Source: Hypanus sabinus (Eukaryota). Taken from it: 64,000 bases of DNA. The position numbers and the translations under genes are program-made. The stretch is from positions 29,078,001 to 29,142,000 of the forward strand of contig NC_082728.1 of assembly GCF_030144855.1 (NCBI RefSeq), read 5' to 3'. The notes beneath the pieces are model-generated. The model saw nothing but the letters and a program-made list of their open reading frames with translations. It did no database searches and had not been told where the DNA came from. Shown here in pieces: positions 27,720-41,248 of the stretch; within the stretch, counting starts at the first letter, position 1; each line of letters opens with the position of its first letter.

Positions 27720-29498
27720 TGTATTCGCAATGAGTGAAGGAAGTGAACCCAAGTGCAGGACACAGGCATGGAGACTGAGTTTGGTTGGTTACACGGGTGT
27801 AAACACCGGACAGCAAACAGAAGGGATTTTGACACGGAGACCTGATATAGAGCCTTGACACGGAGCTGTGATTCGGAGAGACAGAGTCTCATAGGTAAAT
27901 CTTGAAGCTGGAGCTAAATTTAGAACAAGTGGTTCTAAGCAGTCAGGAAACGTAGTTACCTCACAGGAAAAAGACCAACGAACTGGTGACTAGTGGTTGT
28001 GATGCCAGGGTCTTATACAGCAGTTCTTGACGGAAACCAGGTGTGCAGTCATCAAAGCAAATTAGAAGCAATTGGGAAATTAACGGTCGGAACTGTGGCA
28101 CAATCAATGGAAATTAGGAGCAAGATAGGGAATAAACGATCAGGACCATGACAGTATCCTCCCCACAATGAGAGCCTCCTGGTGATCCACTAGGCTTGTT
28201 CGGATTGCCCTGCTGGAAATCATGAATGAGGGAAGGGTCCAAGATGAAGGAACGGGGAATCCAGGAACATTCCTAAGGGCAGTATCCTTCCCAATCGACT
28301 AGGCATTGGAGGCCCCTGCCTCAGCGGCACACATTCAGTAATGGCCGGACGGTGTACACTGGATGGTCGTCAATGATCTGGGCAGGTGGAGGGGGTTCAG
28401 CAGGAGGGCATAAAGGGCTGACAGATACCGGCTTCAATTGGGAAATGTGGAATGTAGGTTGGATGTGCATAGATTTGAGTCGGACTGCTGAGGGGTTGAT
28501 AATACTCTCAATCTTGAATGGTCCCAGGAAGCGAGGGGCTCGTTCGTAATCATGCCACTTGGCATGATTAACTTATTATTTAATTATTTATGGTTTTATA
28601 TTGCTATATTTCTTCACTATTCTTGGTTGGTGCAGCTGTAACAAAACCCAATTTCCCTCGGGATCAATAAAGTATGTCTGTCTGTCTGTCTCCTTGAGTG
28701 GGATGTCTTTGGAGGAAAGCCAAACCTTCTGCCCAGCCCAATAATCAGGTGCAGGAATCCGATGGTGATCGGCAATCCTCCAGTTGCGGTCGGCTGAGCG
28801 GAGCAGGGCCGCGCGTGTGATTTTTCCAGATCTTGCAACACTGGCAGAGATGGGTCTGAACAGAAGGTACAGCAATGTCACCTTCATGAGCAGAGAACAG
28901 AGGGGTTTGGTAACTGAGGGAGCATTCAAAGGAAGACATTCTGGTAGCAGTGCTAACCAGGGCATTGAGGGTGTTCTCTACCCAAGCGAGATGGGTGCTC
29001 CAGGCAGACAGGTTGTTCACCGTTATGCAGTGCTGTACTGCTTCCAAATCCCAGTTAGCTCTCTCTGTTTGCCCGTTTGTCTGTGGATGAAAGCTGGATG
29101 ACAGACTGACTGAGGCTCCAAGGGCTTGACAAAAAGATCTCCAAACTTGAGAGACGAATTGGGGGCCACAGTCAGAAATAATGTAAGAGGGAATCTCGTG
29201 AAGGTGGAAGACATGATGGACGAGAAGGTCGGCTGTTTGAAAAGCTGTAAGGAGTTTGGGAAGGGCTATGAAGTGCACAGCTTTGGAGCAGCAGTCTACC
29301 AAGGTCAGTACTGCAGTGTTCACATGTGAAGGGAACGAAATCCAGCACAATGTGAGACCAAGAGCGGCTAGGAACAGGTAGGGGACGAGGCAATCCAAAA
29401 GGTGGTTGGTGGGAGGCTTTTCCACGGGCACAAACAGAACAGGCAGAGACAAAGGAATGGGTGTCAACGTCCATGGAGGGCCACCAGCATGGACGCAA
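27720..29498 (-). mobile_element. Gypsy chromovirus (sushi-like) remnant: integrase, chromodomain and 3' LTR
   Basis: Integrase Zn-finger [17 protein letters not shown] and HPQTNGQTERAN (DDE residues); chromodomain LVDWEGYCP..SWIP..ILDPSLI at ~28200-28380; purine-rich tract then LTR starting TGTCA at 28153 and running to ~27720. Confidence 0.9.
28545..28691 (+). mobile_element. Short LINE 3' end with (TCTG)n tail inserted into the Gypsy integrase C-terminal region
   Basis: Interrupts KDIPLKE.../...[10 protein letters not shown]; ends CCCTCGGGATCAATAAAGTATG(TCTG)n. Confidence 0.75.
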
Positions 29499-30924
29499 TG
29501 CTACTAATATCCTCCTCCTATTTAGTAAGTTTCAATCATTTGAAAAGAGAAATCCGCTGGGCCTTTCTTTGGTGTTCCATCCTTACATGGACAGCTGAAT
29601 CATGACAGAGGGTTCAAGTTCAGCTACAATCAACCTGTTGCTGGCTCTGTAGGTCAAGGCAGTTACTGTATTGTTTATTCATGTTACTCCCGCCTTGTCA
29701 TGCAGTACCAGACCCCTGCCACAGTGGGCGCAACAGTCCTTCAGGGATCAAGGTCTGGTGGTCCACTTGAAAGAAAAATGGAGGGATATGTGGGAGGGAA
29801 ATGTTATCACTCTTCTGAGTGACCTACCGTTCAAAGTATAAGTGCTATCCTGCTTTGACTTTCCAAAATACATCACCTCACACTTACCTGTATTGAAATC
29901 TATTTGCTGTTCCCTGTTTTGCTTCCCTAATTGATCAAGATCCCCTTGTAATAGCTATCAAGGCTTTACAACAATTCTTAATTTTCTCTGATGTCCATAG
30001 GTATGTAAAAAAAACTCGATTGTTTCAAATTAATAGGAAATATTCAAATAATTTAAAACACTGAGAAATAGTTAATCCTGAAATGAATTAAAGCGAGCAA
30101 GGTAATTTCTATTCCAGGTTGGGAATCCCCATGCAAACTTCACTCATACATAGATATAGGATCACTTAGTCACCAGTCATCACCCCTATAAAGAATTAGA
30201 GAGTTGGTGACTGCATAACACCAGCACAACTGGACCTCATTTTTGGACTCCATACAAAGTCTTTGTAAATTTGCAAATTAGGGAGTGATTGAACACTGAT
30301 GAGCAATATCATTTAACCCATTGCAATCTGCAACTCAGTACCCTGGTAAATGCCCATCCAAATATCAATTTACAGTTATAAAATGTACAACTAATTAGCA
30401 AGGTCAAATGTTCACACTCAATTTAGAAACATATACTTGTGTTTCAGTATCCAATATAATCCTCACTTAGTTATGTTCCTAGACACAGAGACTCTCAGCG
30501 AAACTTTGCTAAATAAATCCAAGTCCAGGCCAAGTCCAATTCAGGAGACAGGTTGCTGGTCGAACAGGGAGCAGAGATGTGTGGGCAGTGATCTGGGAGT
30601 CTAGGGCAGTGGGTAATGTGAAAGATGATAGGTAAATATGCAATGCATTTAATGGGATCACAGTCCCACTGCTTAGAGAATATCTCCCAATGTCATCATG
30701 CAAGATAAATGAAGGCGTAATAACAGTTTCAGCAATAAGGTGTGAAAAATCAAAAGCTCACAAAGTAATAATGAAATGTTAAGCGAAAATTACTTTTTAT
30801 ATGATGATCACTTCATAAGACTTTTCATAGGACAATGGAAGCAAACCTCCAATAAAATGAATCAGCAGGCCATATGGGAATTATTATCTTGGTTTTATAT
30901 TAAGTGTGAATATTAAGGGATCTA

Positions 30925-31065
30925 AAGCAACACACTCAAAATGCTAGTGGAACTCAGAAGGTCAGGTCAGGCAAATTAATAAACAGCTGATGTTTTGTGC
31001 TGAGACCCTTCTTCAGGACCGGAAGTGGGGGGGTGGTGGGGGAAGACACCAGAATAAAAAGATGA
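30925..31065 (-). repeat. Penelope-type terminal repeat fragment
   Basis: Minus strand GTC-CTGAAGA-AGGGTCTCAGCAC-AAAA-CATC; core GAAA lost. Confidence 0.6.
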
Positions 31066-31384
31066 GGGTCTAAAAGAGTGATCTAGTTTTGTTTCTTTAT
31101 ATTAATATGACTTTTTCATGGAAATGAACTGTCTATTTATAACATCAAAGTTTATGTGAAATACGGAATAAAAATTATGCTTTGATCATCTTTACCATAT
31201 CATTGAATACCCTTAGAACTGGTCTCCCAATATTCTAATACTGTCACCGGTGTTGATTATCAGAAGGAGAATGGATGACACTCACACTATCATTTAAACA
31301 AATTCTTTACCCATGTATATCAAGAAATGATTACTAATGGATTCCAACTTTTCTGGAAGCTATATATTGTTTGACTTTTATTTT

Positions 31385-32230
31385 GAATCAGAATCAGTTT
31401 TAATGTCATCGGTACATGTCGAGAAACTTTGTAGCAGCAGTACAACACAATACATGGAAAATATCGAAAAAAAAACTGAGAGTTACAGTACGCATATATA
31501 TGTACATCAAATAGTTAAATTTAATAAGTAGTGCAAAGACAAAAATAAAAGAAGTAGTGAGGTAGTGTTCATTGGTTCAATATCCATTCAGAAATTCAAT
31601 GGCAAAGGGGAAGAAGCATTTCTTGAATCACTGAATGTGTGCCTTCAAGCTTCTGTACCTCCTTCCTGATGGTAACAGTGAGAAGAAGGCATGTCCTGTG
31701 TGGTGGGGATCCACCTTTTTGAGGCACCAGACCTTGAAGATGTCTTGGATACTACAGAGGCTAGTACCCATGACGGAGCAGACTAATTTTAAAATTCTCT
31801 GCAACTTACTTTGATCCTGTGCATAAGCACCCATCCAGCCCCCAGCCCTCCATACCAGACGATGATGCGGCCTGTCAGGATGTTCTCCACAGACATCTGT
31901 AGAATTTTTCAAATGATTTAGGTAACATACCAAATCCCAAACTCCTAATGAAATATAGCCTCTGTCCTGCTTTCTTTATAGCTGCGTGGATATGTTGGGA
32001 TCAGGTTAGGTCCTCAGAAATATTAGCACCTAGGAAATAAAAACTGCTCATTCTCTCCACCTCTGACCTCTTTATGAGGATAGGTATGTGTTCCTTCGTC
32101 TTACCCTTTCTGAAGACCATAATCAGCTCTTTTGTCTTACTGACATTGCATGCAAGGTTGTTGCTACGAGACCACTTAACTAGATGGCATATCTCGATCC
32201 TGTATACCCTCTTGTCACTCACCATCTGAG
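31385..32230 (-). mobile_element. Rex1/Babar 3' fragment
   Basis: Peptides NNLACNVSKTKELIMVFRK..FLG.NISEDL and DPHHTGHAFFSLLPSGRRYRSLK; (TCAGAA)n tail at 31385. Confidence 0.88.
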
Positions 32231-35214
32231 ACTATCAAATTGGATTTTAGACGCATTAATAGGTCATAGAGATTACGCCTTATCATGGCATTTTATTTAT
32301 TGTTGAAAAACCAGTTTTCATTTCAAGGGTTTAGGGGAATCTGGGAAATATTAGGTGGAAGAGGGAAGTATTCAGCTCAATTCTCCAAAGGGGGTTTATC
32401 AACAATAAAAAAGTACTAAGGAGACATATCTCCTGGCAGTAAAGTCCTAAAAAAGAAAACATTTGCATTGCATCACTTAAGGTGATAATGCTAATAGATG
32501 TACTGAATCTGCTGTAATAGGATATAACATCCAGTGACCCTCACTCTTATTTACTGCAATATGCAGACTGTCTTGACTCAGTAAATGAAGATCAGGTTTG
32601 GTTACAATATATACAGACAATTCATTGGTCTGCAAGCATCACCTAGTCATGTGCTGGGGCAATTGTAGAAAGGAGAAGACAGTTGCAAACTGATAGAACT
32701 CCTGTATCAAAAATAACATCCATTTGCAATATAATGGATCCATCCCAGATGTGAGGAATTTCTGAACAGATGATCCTTGTGCTCAGATAGGCTATGTAGC
32801 CCTCCTGAATTTTTATATTTTCAGCAGTATTTTGCTGACAGGGGATTGAAAAAGTCCCTTTGGATCAATACCTTGGTAGCAGAAGTGTTCCTGTTCCTTT
32901 TGTACATTCCTCCGGTGTCGCACTTCTGTACCATTTAGTCACTGCACGTTTTCTGGCTGGGAAGTAGACAGGAAATAGATGACTCTTTACTCCTGGCTCT
33001 TCCTCGCAGGCTGATGATTAATGAAGGCTATTTTTCTCCAAGTCTCATTCTGTTACCGTCAGAGCTAAGTGGGTTGCAGACAATACCAAACAAGCAACTG
33101 CCTGGGCCTGGGGCAGCCAAGCTCAACCTAGGCACAAATTATTTGTGATGTGCACCATCAAAATACATGGAAGTGGAAAAAGCATTTGCTGGATAGGGGT
33201 TTCTTAATAGGCAGAGAGAAATCAGACGTTTCAAAGTGATTTTCTTTTACAGTTACTGCAAGGGGTTAATAGTTTAAATGCTCGGATTGTCTGGTTCAAA
33301 ACTAAATTGAAAGTTAGCTGCACTGTCTCACTGTATGTGTGTATGACACTCAAGCTACACAAGAAGAGACTCATGAAGGTGTGGGGAGGGGGGAGATAAA
33401 GGAAAGAAAAACTCAATATCATTCAGGTGTATCAATCAAGCTTGGTGGAATATTTAAATTTAATCCATTTAAATACATATTTATGAATGTACATAGGAGT
33501 CTTGAATTTTTTCCCTCCTTATAATTTGTGAGAAATCGTATTAGTATCAGTGCTAGTGGTGGCCTTTTCGTCATAAACTTTGCAAAGCAGGAAGGTAATT
33601 TACTCTCATCTGCTCAACAAAATTGTTTTTTTTTATTAGGTTTCGCAATGATGGCCTCTCTTCTTAAAAGTCAAGGATGATTAAAAATGAATCTGCTAAA
33701 TTAAGATTTTCTTTGTGGTGTAAATAATTTTCATTACTTAAACATAGCAAGAACCTAGAACTTGTACGAAAGTGATAATCACGATAAGTAAGACTCGGTC
33801 GTAGTGCCCTTACCCAGTGCCATCATTTTTGGGAAACTCAGTGGCACTTAATATTTTGTATCAGGGCACCTTGTGCATTCTGCCATTACCTGGGCATGTT
33901 CTTGGAAAGACAAAGTTTTCAATGTTTTTGAATATCGGTTTGTTGAAGGTGTGACCAGTAAACATCACTATGAGGGGAGACCAGGCAACCGGGTCTTGAA
34001 TGAACAGGAAAAATTCTGGGTAGCTACTTGGTCAATAATTTCATGGTCTTTCAGTACTAACAGTACTCAGACTGACATGGAAGTGCAAATTAAAAGGAAC
34101 ATTCTATTTCCAATCAGGCACAAGAGAGAAATTAAAATTTTGTAAATAATTGTTAGCTTTGTTGAAGCAGCTTAAAGCAATTAAGCAGTGAAGGAATGAC
34201 AGTCCGTGCATTTTGACCTGTTCTCTGCAGTATCATTCTGCAATGATGTTTCCACAAATGCCAACAAAACTGGCATCAATGCAGCAAAAATTTCCTCCCT
34301 GCTATTACAAAGGAGGTAGAGATTGCATTACAATCTCCTCCAGGCCACAGCAATGAGTCTGTGGGAGTAGAGGTGATAATTCAGCAGGAATGAATGCTGT
34401 TCTAGCCTTTTATGTTTTCATCTTGATCATTACTTTCCGAAAATTCAGCAACAGCAAAGGAGCTCTTCATTATTTTTCAGGTCAGTGAATCAATAGCTAA
34501 ATGGCTGCATGTTAGCCTGGAGGAGGAGTTCTGTGCAGGCGGTCACACTGGGGTCAGGATACCCAGATTAAGCTATCGGTCAATTCTTCAGACTTCTCCA
34601 TGTGCATGTTGCAATATGGTGCATGAGACGAACTGGATGGCAGGTCACATTCGAGTACACACAGACCGACTGACCCCTGCAGCAGTGTACTGGTATGCTG
34701 ATGGAGGGTTGGTGGACCCTTTTATTGGAACAGACACTGACCCTGTCCAGAATGTAAATGTGTGTATATGCTTGAGTTTATTTTAGTGTTCCAAATTTGT
34801 TGTTGGTGCTGTTTTATCATCTTCATTTCGACAACAAAAATTATATTGATTCAAGAACATGTTAAATGGTTTAGGAGAAATCTATAAACAATTCAAAAAT
34901 ATTTAATAGCTTTAGCAATGGAGGTGAAGATTACTTAAAGATCACTAAAGATTATTTAATAAAAGGAAGAGCTGCTGGCATTGAGGAGATTGTAGTCAAA
35001 TGGATGAATTGGCAAAGTGGTAGTAATTATGCTGGATGATTGTGCTCCTATTAAATGGTCATGATCTATTGATTATATCAGAATAATGGCTGTCACAAAA
35101 TGCAAACAAGTTTTCAGGCCATAGGGCGGGAGAAGGATGAAGCTCAGAGAAATCTACTGGAACATAACATGGGTAGAAGAATAACAAGAAAAGAGATGAA
35201 TAACAAGAAAAGAA

Positions 35215-36388
35215 ATGGGTCTGTACTCGCTGGAACTCAGAAGGATGAGGGGGCATCTCATTGAAACTTTTCGAATGTTGAAAGGCCCAGGGGCCGGCAA
35301 CCCACGGCTCCGGAGCCGCATGCGAATCTTTCATCTCTGTGCTGCGGCTCCCCGTGGTTTGTTAGTTTTTGAAATGTAATTCGAAATTTGAAGATTATGG
35401 TGATCTTGTACAATCTAAATAAAACGTTGTGGCGACTGCATTTCCTGGCATATCCAAACCGGCTCACAATTAGCCACCGTTCCAGCTAAGGGAGATAGCC
35501 TGTGGGGGTTTGTGAGTACGTGTCTTTTGGAGCATCCGCGCCCACGGGGACGGGTTGAGGGAGGCTTTAAAGCAAGGCTGTTTAGTTCGAATAAAGTTAT
35601 CTTTGACTGCAGTGTCGTTATTTTAGCGCTGCATGTAGCACACCGCTACAACGTGTTTTTTATCGCTATTAATATATATCACCACTGCCAATGTCTGACA
35701 CCCGCCAGTGTGCGCTTTCTTTTAATTCTTCGATCCAAGGTAGGCTAACTATGGAGTAACCTTCAACCCAACGTCTTTTTTCGGAGTTCAAAATGTTTTT
35801 GTTGCAAGCAGAAATGTAATTTTGTTTTCTCTGCAGGAGTTCATCAATTTCATAAATGCAACACATTATAGTTTGTTTATACATAGCATAAAGGCAAAAA
35901 AAACCGTTGTATGCAGTGTTATTTCATTTTAAATGTCAAACGGGTTTTGTGGCTCCCAGTGTTTTCTTTTCTGTGGGAAATGGGTCCATATTGGCTCTTT
36001 CAGTGGTAAACGTTGCCGACCCCTGGCCTAGACAGATTAGATGTGGAAAGGATGCTTCCCATGGTGGGAGAGTCCAGGACAAAAAGGGCACAGCCTCAGG
36101 ATAGAAGAGCATCCTTTCAAAATGGAAATGCAGAGGAATTTCTTTAGCCAAAGTGTGGTGGATTTGTGGAATTTGTTGCCATGTGCACCTGTGGAGGCCA
36201 GGTCGTTGGGTGTATTTAAGGCAGAGATGGATAGGGTCTTGACTGGACATGGCATCAAAGGTTACGGGGAGAAGGCCAGGAACTGGGGTTGAGGAGGAGA
36301 TTAAAAAAAAGGATCAGCTGTGATTGAATAGTGGAGCAGACTCAATAGGCCAGATGGCCTAATTTGGCTCCTATGTCTTATGGTCTTA
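35215..36388 (+). mobile_element. CR1 3' end split by a hAT MITE
   Basis: CTGTACTCGCTGGAA..GATGAGGGGGCATCTCATTGAAAC..TTGAAAGGCC continues after the MITE as GCCTAGACAGA..; peptide RNFFSQSVVDLWNLLP; CTTATGGTCTTAT tail. Confidence 0.88.
35288..36025 (+). mobile_element. Non-autonomous hAT (Buster/Charlie) deletion derivative, 738 bp
   Basis: TIRs CAGGGGCCGGCAACC / CGTTGCCGACCCCTG; 5' ~470 bp and 3' ~270 bp align to the ends of the element at 53675-56144. Confidence 0.93.
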
Positions 36389-36909
36389 TAAATAAACATG
36401 GGAAAGAGAAAAGTACAATTCTTGACACAAGATTTTACAAATATACGCTGGGGACATTTAATTGCTTTTCCAATCATGTAGATAGCTTATATAACAAGAG
36501 ATGTAATGATCATAATCATTTAAGAGGGCAAAAAGGAGAAAGGGATTATGTTTGCTGAAGTAACTGGTCTGGTACCAAATGACCAGCAATAAAGTATAGT
36601 AATTGGTTGCAAATAAAAAATACGTACATGGCTCTCCTCCTTATGTCAAAGGACGTAAGCAAAATTATATCATTGCAATCTACAATGGATTCTGAAATAC
36701 TCACTTCTATCCCTTTATAAAACTATAAATATTGACCAGAGAGTGTACCTTGTCCTTCTTGGACGCTTTTTGTATCATCAAAGCTGAAATTTGGAAGCTA
36801 ATACAAGTTGGTCTTTGGAATTTGGTCTGACATTGAGACAGTGCAAGGGATTAATTTTATGTTAATTTTGGTTTTAATACTCTACATGTGCAATAATTCA
36901 GTTGGTAGC

Positions 36910-37325
36910 CCCTAGCATCAGAAAGTTGGTTTGTTCCACTCTAGATATGCAGGCAAAAAATATTTAAGTTGTCACTCGAATGCAACAGTCTTAGTTCGAC
37001 ACAATTTCAGAGAAAGTCGGGCCTTGTCCACCCTCACAATCGCAGATCACAAAAATGTCCAATCCCAGTGCTTCATAAAAAGAGAACAAGTTTATATTGA
37101 ATACTATTCTAGGAAATATTTGTTCCTCAATCAATGTCACCAAAACATTTTATCTGGTCAATATCAGGTTATTATTTGTGAAAGGTTAGCATAATCAAAT
37201 TAGCTGTTATTTCCAGATTACAGCAGTTTCCTCAGTTCAAGCACACAGCATGTCACTAGTGGTTAAGTGCTTTAGGACAATCCAAGGCTGTGAAAATTTT
37301 TATACAAATGCTTTTATTTTCCTTT
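36910..37325 (+). mobile_element. Ancient Deu-domain SINE, highly degraded
   Basis: 3' block AAGTGCTTTAGGACAATCC.AGGCTGTGAAAA...TATACAAATGC and ATTATTTGTG....TTAGC....CAAATTAGCTG resemble the SacSINE1-type Deu domain and tail. Confidence 0.45.
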
Positions 37326-38454
37326 TTATTGCTCTATATTAGGTTGTACTTTTTATATTTACCAAGCAGACAATGTTACTGATTTAAAGTTATTAGTCTA
37401 AAAATTCATTTATTTAGTACAAGTATATTATGGATTTCAAAATTGAATTGTGGCATAGAATCATTTGCTAAATGTGCTTATGATATTATGCTAAGCATCT
37501 TTCAGTCATGTAGATATGTGTGGGGAAATCAGAAAGTAGAAGCACTCAAAATGCATTGGGTATCATCACTTCTTCTGTAATGAAGAATTGACTTCTGCCC
37601 TGTAAAACAGACTTACTTGGATGCTATTATAAACTTTTGGGGGCTGTGTGCAAGAGTACCGAAGACATCAAACACCTACAATATTAAAAGGAATCGTGGA
37701 TTTCCTTCTGGTTTACTTGTGATTTGTTTAACACTGAGCCAATTCGATGCCTGGAGCTGCATTAATTTCAGCTGAAGATAACAGCAGCAAAATTTTTTGC
37801 ACTCAAGAAAATGGATCCTCTGACTATAATTCCGGCAGAATGCTACAGTATCTATGGAGAATACCTTGGAGTTGAAGGAAGCTTATAGTGGTGGCAGGTG
37901 TGTAGGGAATCAGGGATCTATAATTCAAAGGACTTATGCCACCCTCTTTCAAATGTCTTTCATAAGTTGTCACAATCAGCACTAATTATCAAGCTTCAAA
38001 ACCTAGTCCCCTGTTAATGTCACCCAGAACATTTTAGTGTTTCTGTCATATTCCGGTCACTGATGTATTGCACGATTTGCAGTGGATCTGAAATCTCAGG
38101 AGTCGCCCCTTCTTGGCGATAACAGAAACCTCCATCTGCCTGAGTGAAGTGCAGTAGCCATTCATGCTTAGAATGCAAGTTTCTTAAAAGTCTAGAATGT
38201 GACATCTGTCTGTCATATATCAACCAGGAACTCATAATCAATTGAATTGTGAAAGAATGTCCCGGGTGTGTGGGACCAGCAGTGAAGAACCTTGTTGAGA
38301 ATATCACATATACAGAGCCAAATATGACTGGGTCATCCTGGGGCCATCTGCAGAGTCTCTCCGATTCCAGTGATTATGCTTGGTGAATAAATGGATAATG
38401 AATGTGTTTAACTCATCCATCAGAAATCCTCATTCTGGGCTGACTTCCTCCCCC

Positions 38455-38772
38455 AAGCTATCAGACTCCTCAATACCCAGAGCCTGAACTGACACCTTAA
38501 TGCCCTGTTGTCCTGTTTATTATTTATTGTAATGCCTGCACTGTTTTGTACACTTCATGCAGTCCTGGGTAGGTCTGTAGTCTAGTGTAGTTGTTTTTTT
38601 TTTCTCTCTCAGTGTTGTTTTTTACATAGTTCAGTCTAGTTTTTGTACTGTGTCATGTAACACCATGGTCCTGAAAAATGTTGTCTCATTCTTACTATGT
38701 ACTGTACATAGCAGTTACGGTTGAAATGACAATAAAAGTGACTTGATTTGATTTGACTTGACTTGACTTGAC
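38455..38772 (+). mobile_element. Rex1/Babar-type 3'UTR with (ACTTG)n tail
   Basis: CAAGCTATCAGACTCCTCAATACC at the ORF end; GAAATGACAATAAAAGTG then (ACTTG/ATTTG)n. Confidence 0.7.
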
Positions 38773-40664
38773 TGTGTGTTCATGAGTGCAAGTACAAATA
38801 TACAGGACATTTTGGCCTATGCAAAGCTTGGCATGGCTGCCTTTAAGGCCCCAAACTGCAATTCCATTGCCCCTACTCTTCATAAGAGATGTTTGAGGAG
38901 TGGGCATGTACGTTTCCGATAGTGCCTACCAAGAGACTTTTGTGTGGCATCCTCTGCAGTCTGCAGCCATGAGGGCAATCTTTACCCTCAATGCTAGTGG
39001 GAGGAGGAGGGTAGCAATAATGGAAGTCAACAAGAAAGAGCATCTCACACTACAGTCAAAACATGACTAGTAACTCTGAGGTTTGATTGGCAAGCCCTGT
39101 CCACAAGCTCAAAGTGCACACAGAGTCATTTCATACAGAGATGCAGCATCTACTTGCTTCCTTTTGGATGTGGCAGCTTAATTCATGCTATGTGAGTAAC
39201 TGGCCACCCGCACTGCGGAAATCTCTATTTTCTTCCACAGAACACCAGAGCCCATATACTCCATTGATACAACATCTTGAGTTTAAATTTCAGTAGAAAA
39301 TATCCAGGGCAGGAATTTACTAACTCGGGCTGTGTAAGAAAGCTGAAGGCTGCATATGGCATGGTGAAGGTCTTGGCACATTGGTTCCACAACTCACTGT
39401 TGTAGGGGATGTTCCCAGTTCCAAAGACACTGCAGAGTGCTCCATATTACTCAGCAGGAAGCAGTGCACAGCTTTGCCTCCTCCATTGGCAATCCTGAAC
39501 TTTCACTTGGGTACAACATTGGCACAATGTCTGCATTCTTTGCATTGAGTCAAAAGGTCTGCAGTAATGTAAAGAGAAGCTTCTACTAAACTTCTCAGTA
39601 AGATGAGGTGTTGTTTTACAACTACATTAATGCAAGATAGATTTCTCTGGGCATTCACTGTACAAACTAGAATTGTCCATATTAGTAAATATCACTGACC
39701 ATGTATACTGTATAACTGCAATAGAGTATCTCATTCCTATACTCAGTGTCCTGACTGTTGACATCCAATGTGCTCAACACCTTTTTCACCACCTAGTCTG
39801 CCTTTAACACTGATTTCAACAAACTATACTCCATTACTCCCAAGTCCCTCTGTTCCATTGCAGTGTAAGTACTGCGGTGGTTTGACTTTTCAGTCGGTAG
39901 ATCTATAGTTCACTTTTCCTTTGAAAAGAACAGGCAATCTTTCAAATAGAAATGGTTAGTTTCAGCTGGTGGGATAAATCTCCTGACATTACCCTTGCTT
40001 GATATGCTGTACTCCTAAGGACTCGGATCCTTGCATTCATGAAAAATCACACACTAACAGCACCGAGATAAAATGTCACTTCTGTCACCAAATAATATTT
40101 TACCCCATGATTTTATGGGTAACTGAATTTCTAGATCATTAGGCTTAATTAAAGTTTGCTGTGGCATGCGTAACTATTATAACCTGATTGCTAATTCTGA
40201 TTTGGAGATCCGTGCGGCTGCTGTCACAGTGCAGCTTTGCGTCTGCACCACCGCTAAGCTAATGACCTCAAAACTATCCTGACCTAAAGTGAAAGTAAGT
40301 TGAAAAGAAATAAACACTTTCCTTAGGTATAATTTACTTATGGATCCATTAACATACAAAAATATGATGTTGCTGACGTTCACTAAATATAGCAGCTTGG
40401 CTGAAATGTGATAAACATTGATCTCCGTGCCTTATGACAATGCCAATCCCAAGGAACCTCAGGAATAATTTATCACTGACTTCTTCTGGCACTCGTCACT
40501 TCTGAAATTTGGTACAGGTCCCTTAGATGGACTCTTTAATGAAGTGCATTGTATCTGATTTATTGTTAGTTATCTAATAAAGGGCTTCCAAGAAAAAAAT
40601 CTATTCAAGCTCACACATTAATAGCTACACCAAAACTCTTTATAGAATCCAAAAGGCTGTGCGG

Positions 40665-41248
40665 TGAAAAAGCACAACAGTGCCTCTTTCACCTCACCTC
40701 AGATGGTTGAAAAAGTTTGGTATGGGTCTAGATCCTGAGAACATTTTGCAAGGGCACAATTGAGAGCAGCTTGACTGGCTTAATAACTGCCTGGCATGGG
40801 AACTGTACTTCCGTCAATTGCAGGACTCTGCGGAGAGTGGTGCAGAAAGCCCGGCGCATCTGTAGATGTGAACTTCCCACTATTCAGGACATTTATAAAG
40901 AAAGGTGTGTTAAAAAGGGCCTGAAGGATCATTGGAGACCTGAGTCACCCCAACCACAAACTGTTCCAGCTGCTCCAATCCAGGAAACAGTACTGCAGCA
41001 TAAAAGCCAGGACCAACAGGCTCTGGGACAGTTTCTTCCGCCAGGCCGTCAGACTGATTAATTCACGCTGATACAATTGTATTTCTATGTTGTATTGACT
41101 GTTCTGTTGTACATATTATTTATTACAAATTACTATAAATTGCACATTGCACATTTTAGATGGAGATGTAACGTAAAGATTTTCACTCCTCATGTATATG
41201 AAGGATGTAAGTAATAAAGTCAATTCAATTCAATTCAATTCAATTCAA
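40665..41248 (+). mobile_element. Rex1/Babar 3' fragment with (CAATT)n tail
   Basis: Peptide TGLITAWHGNCT..NCRTLRRVVQKARRICRCELPTIQDIY; AATAAAGT(CAATT)5. Confidence 0.88.
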
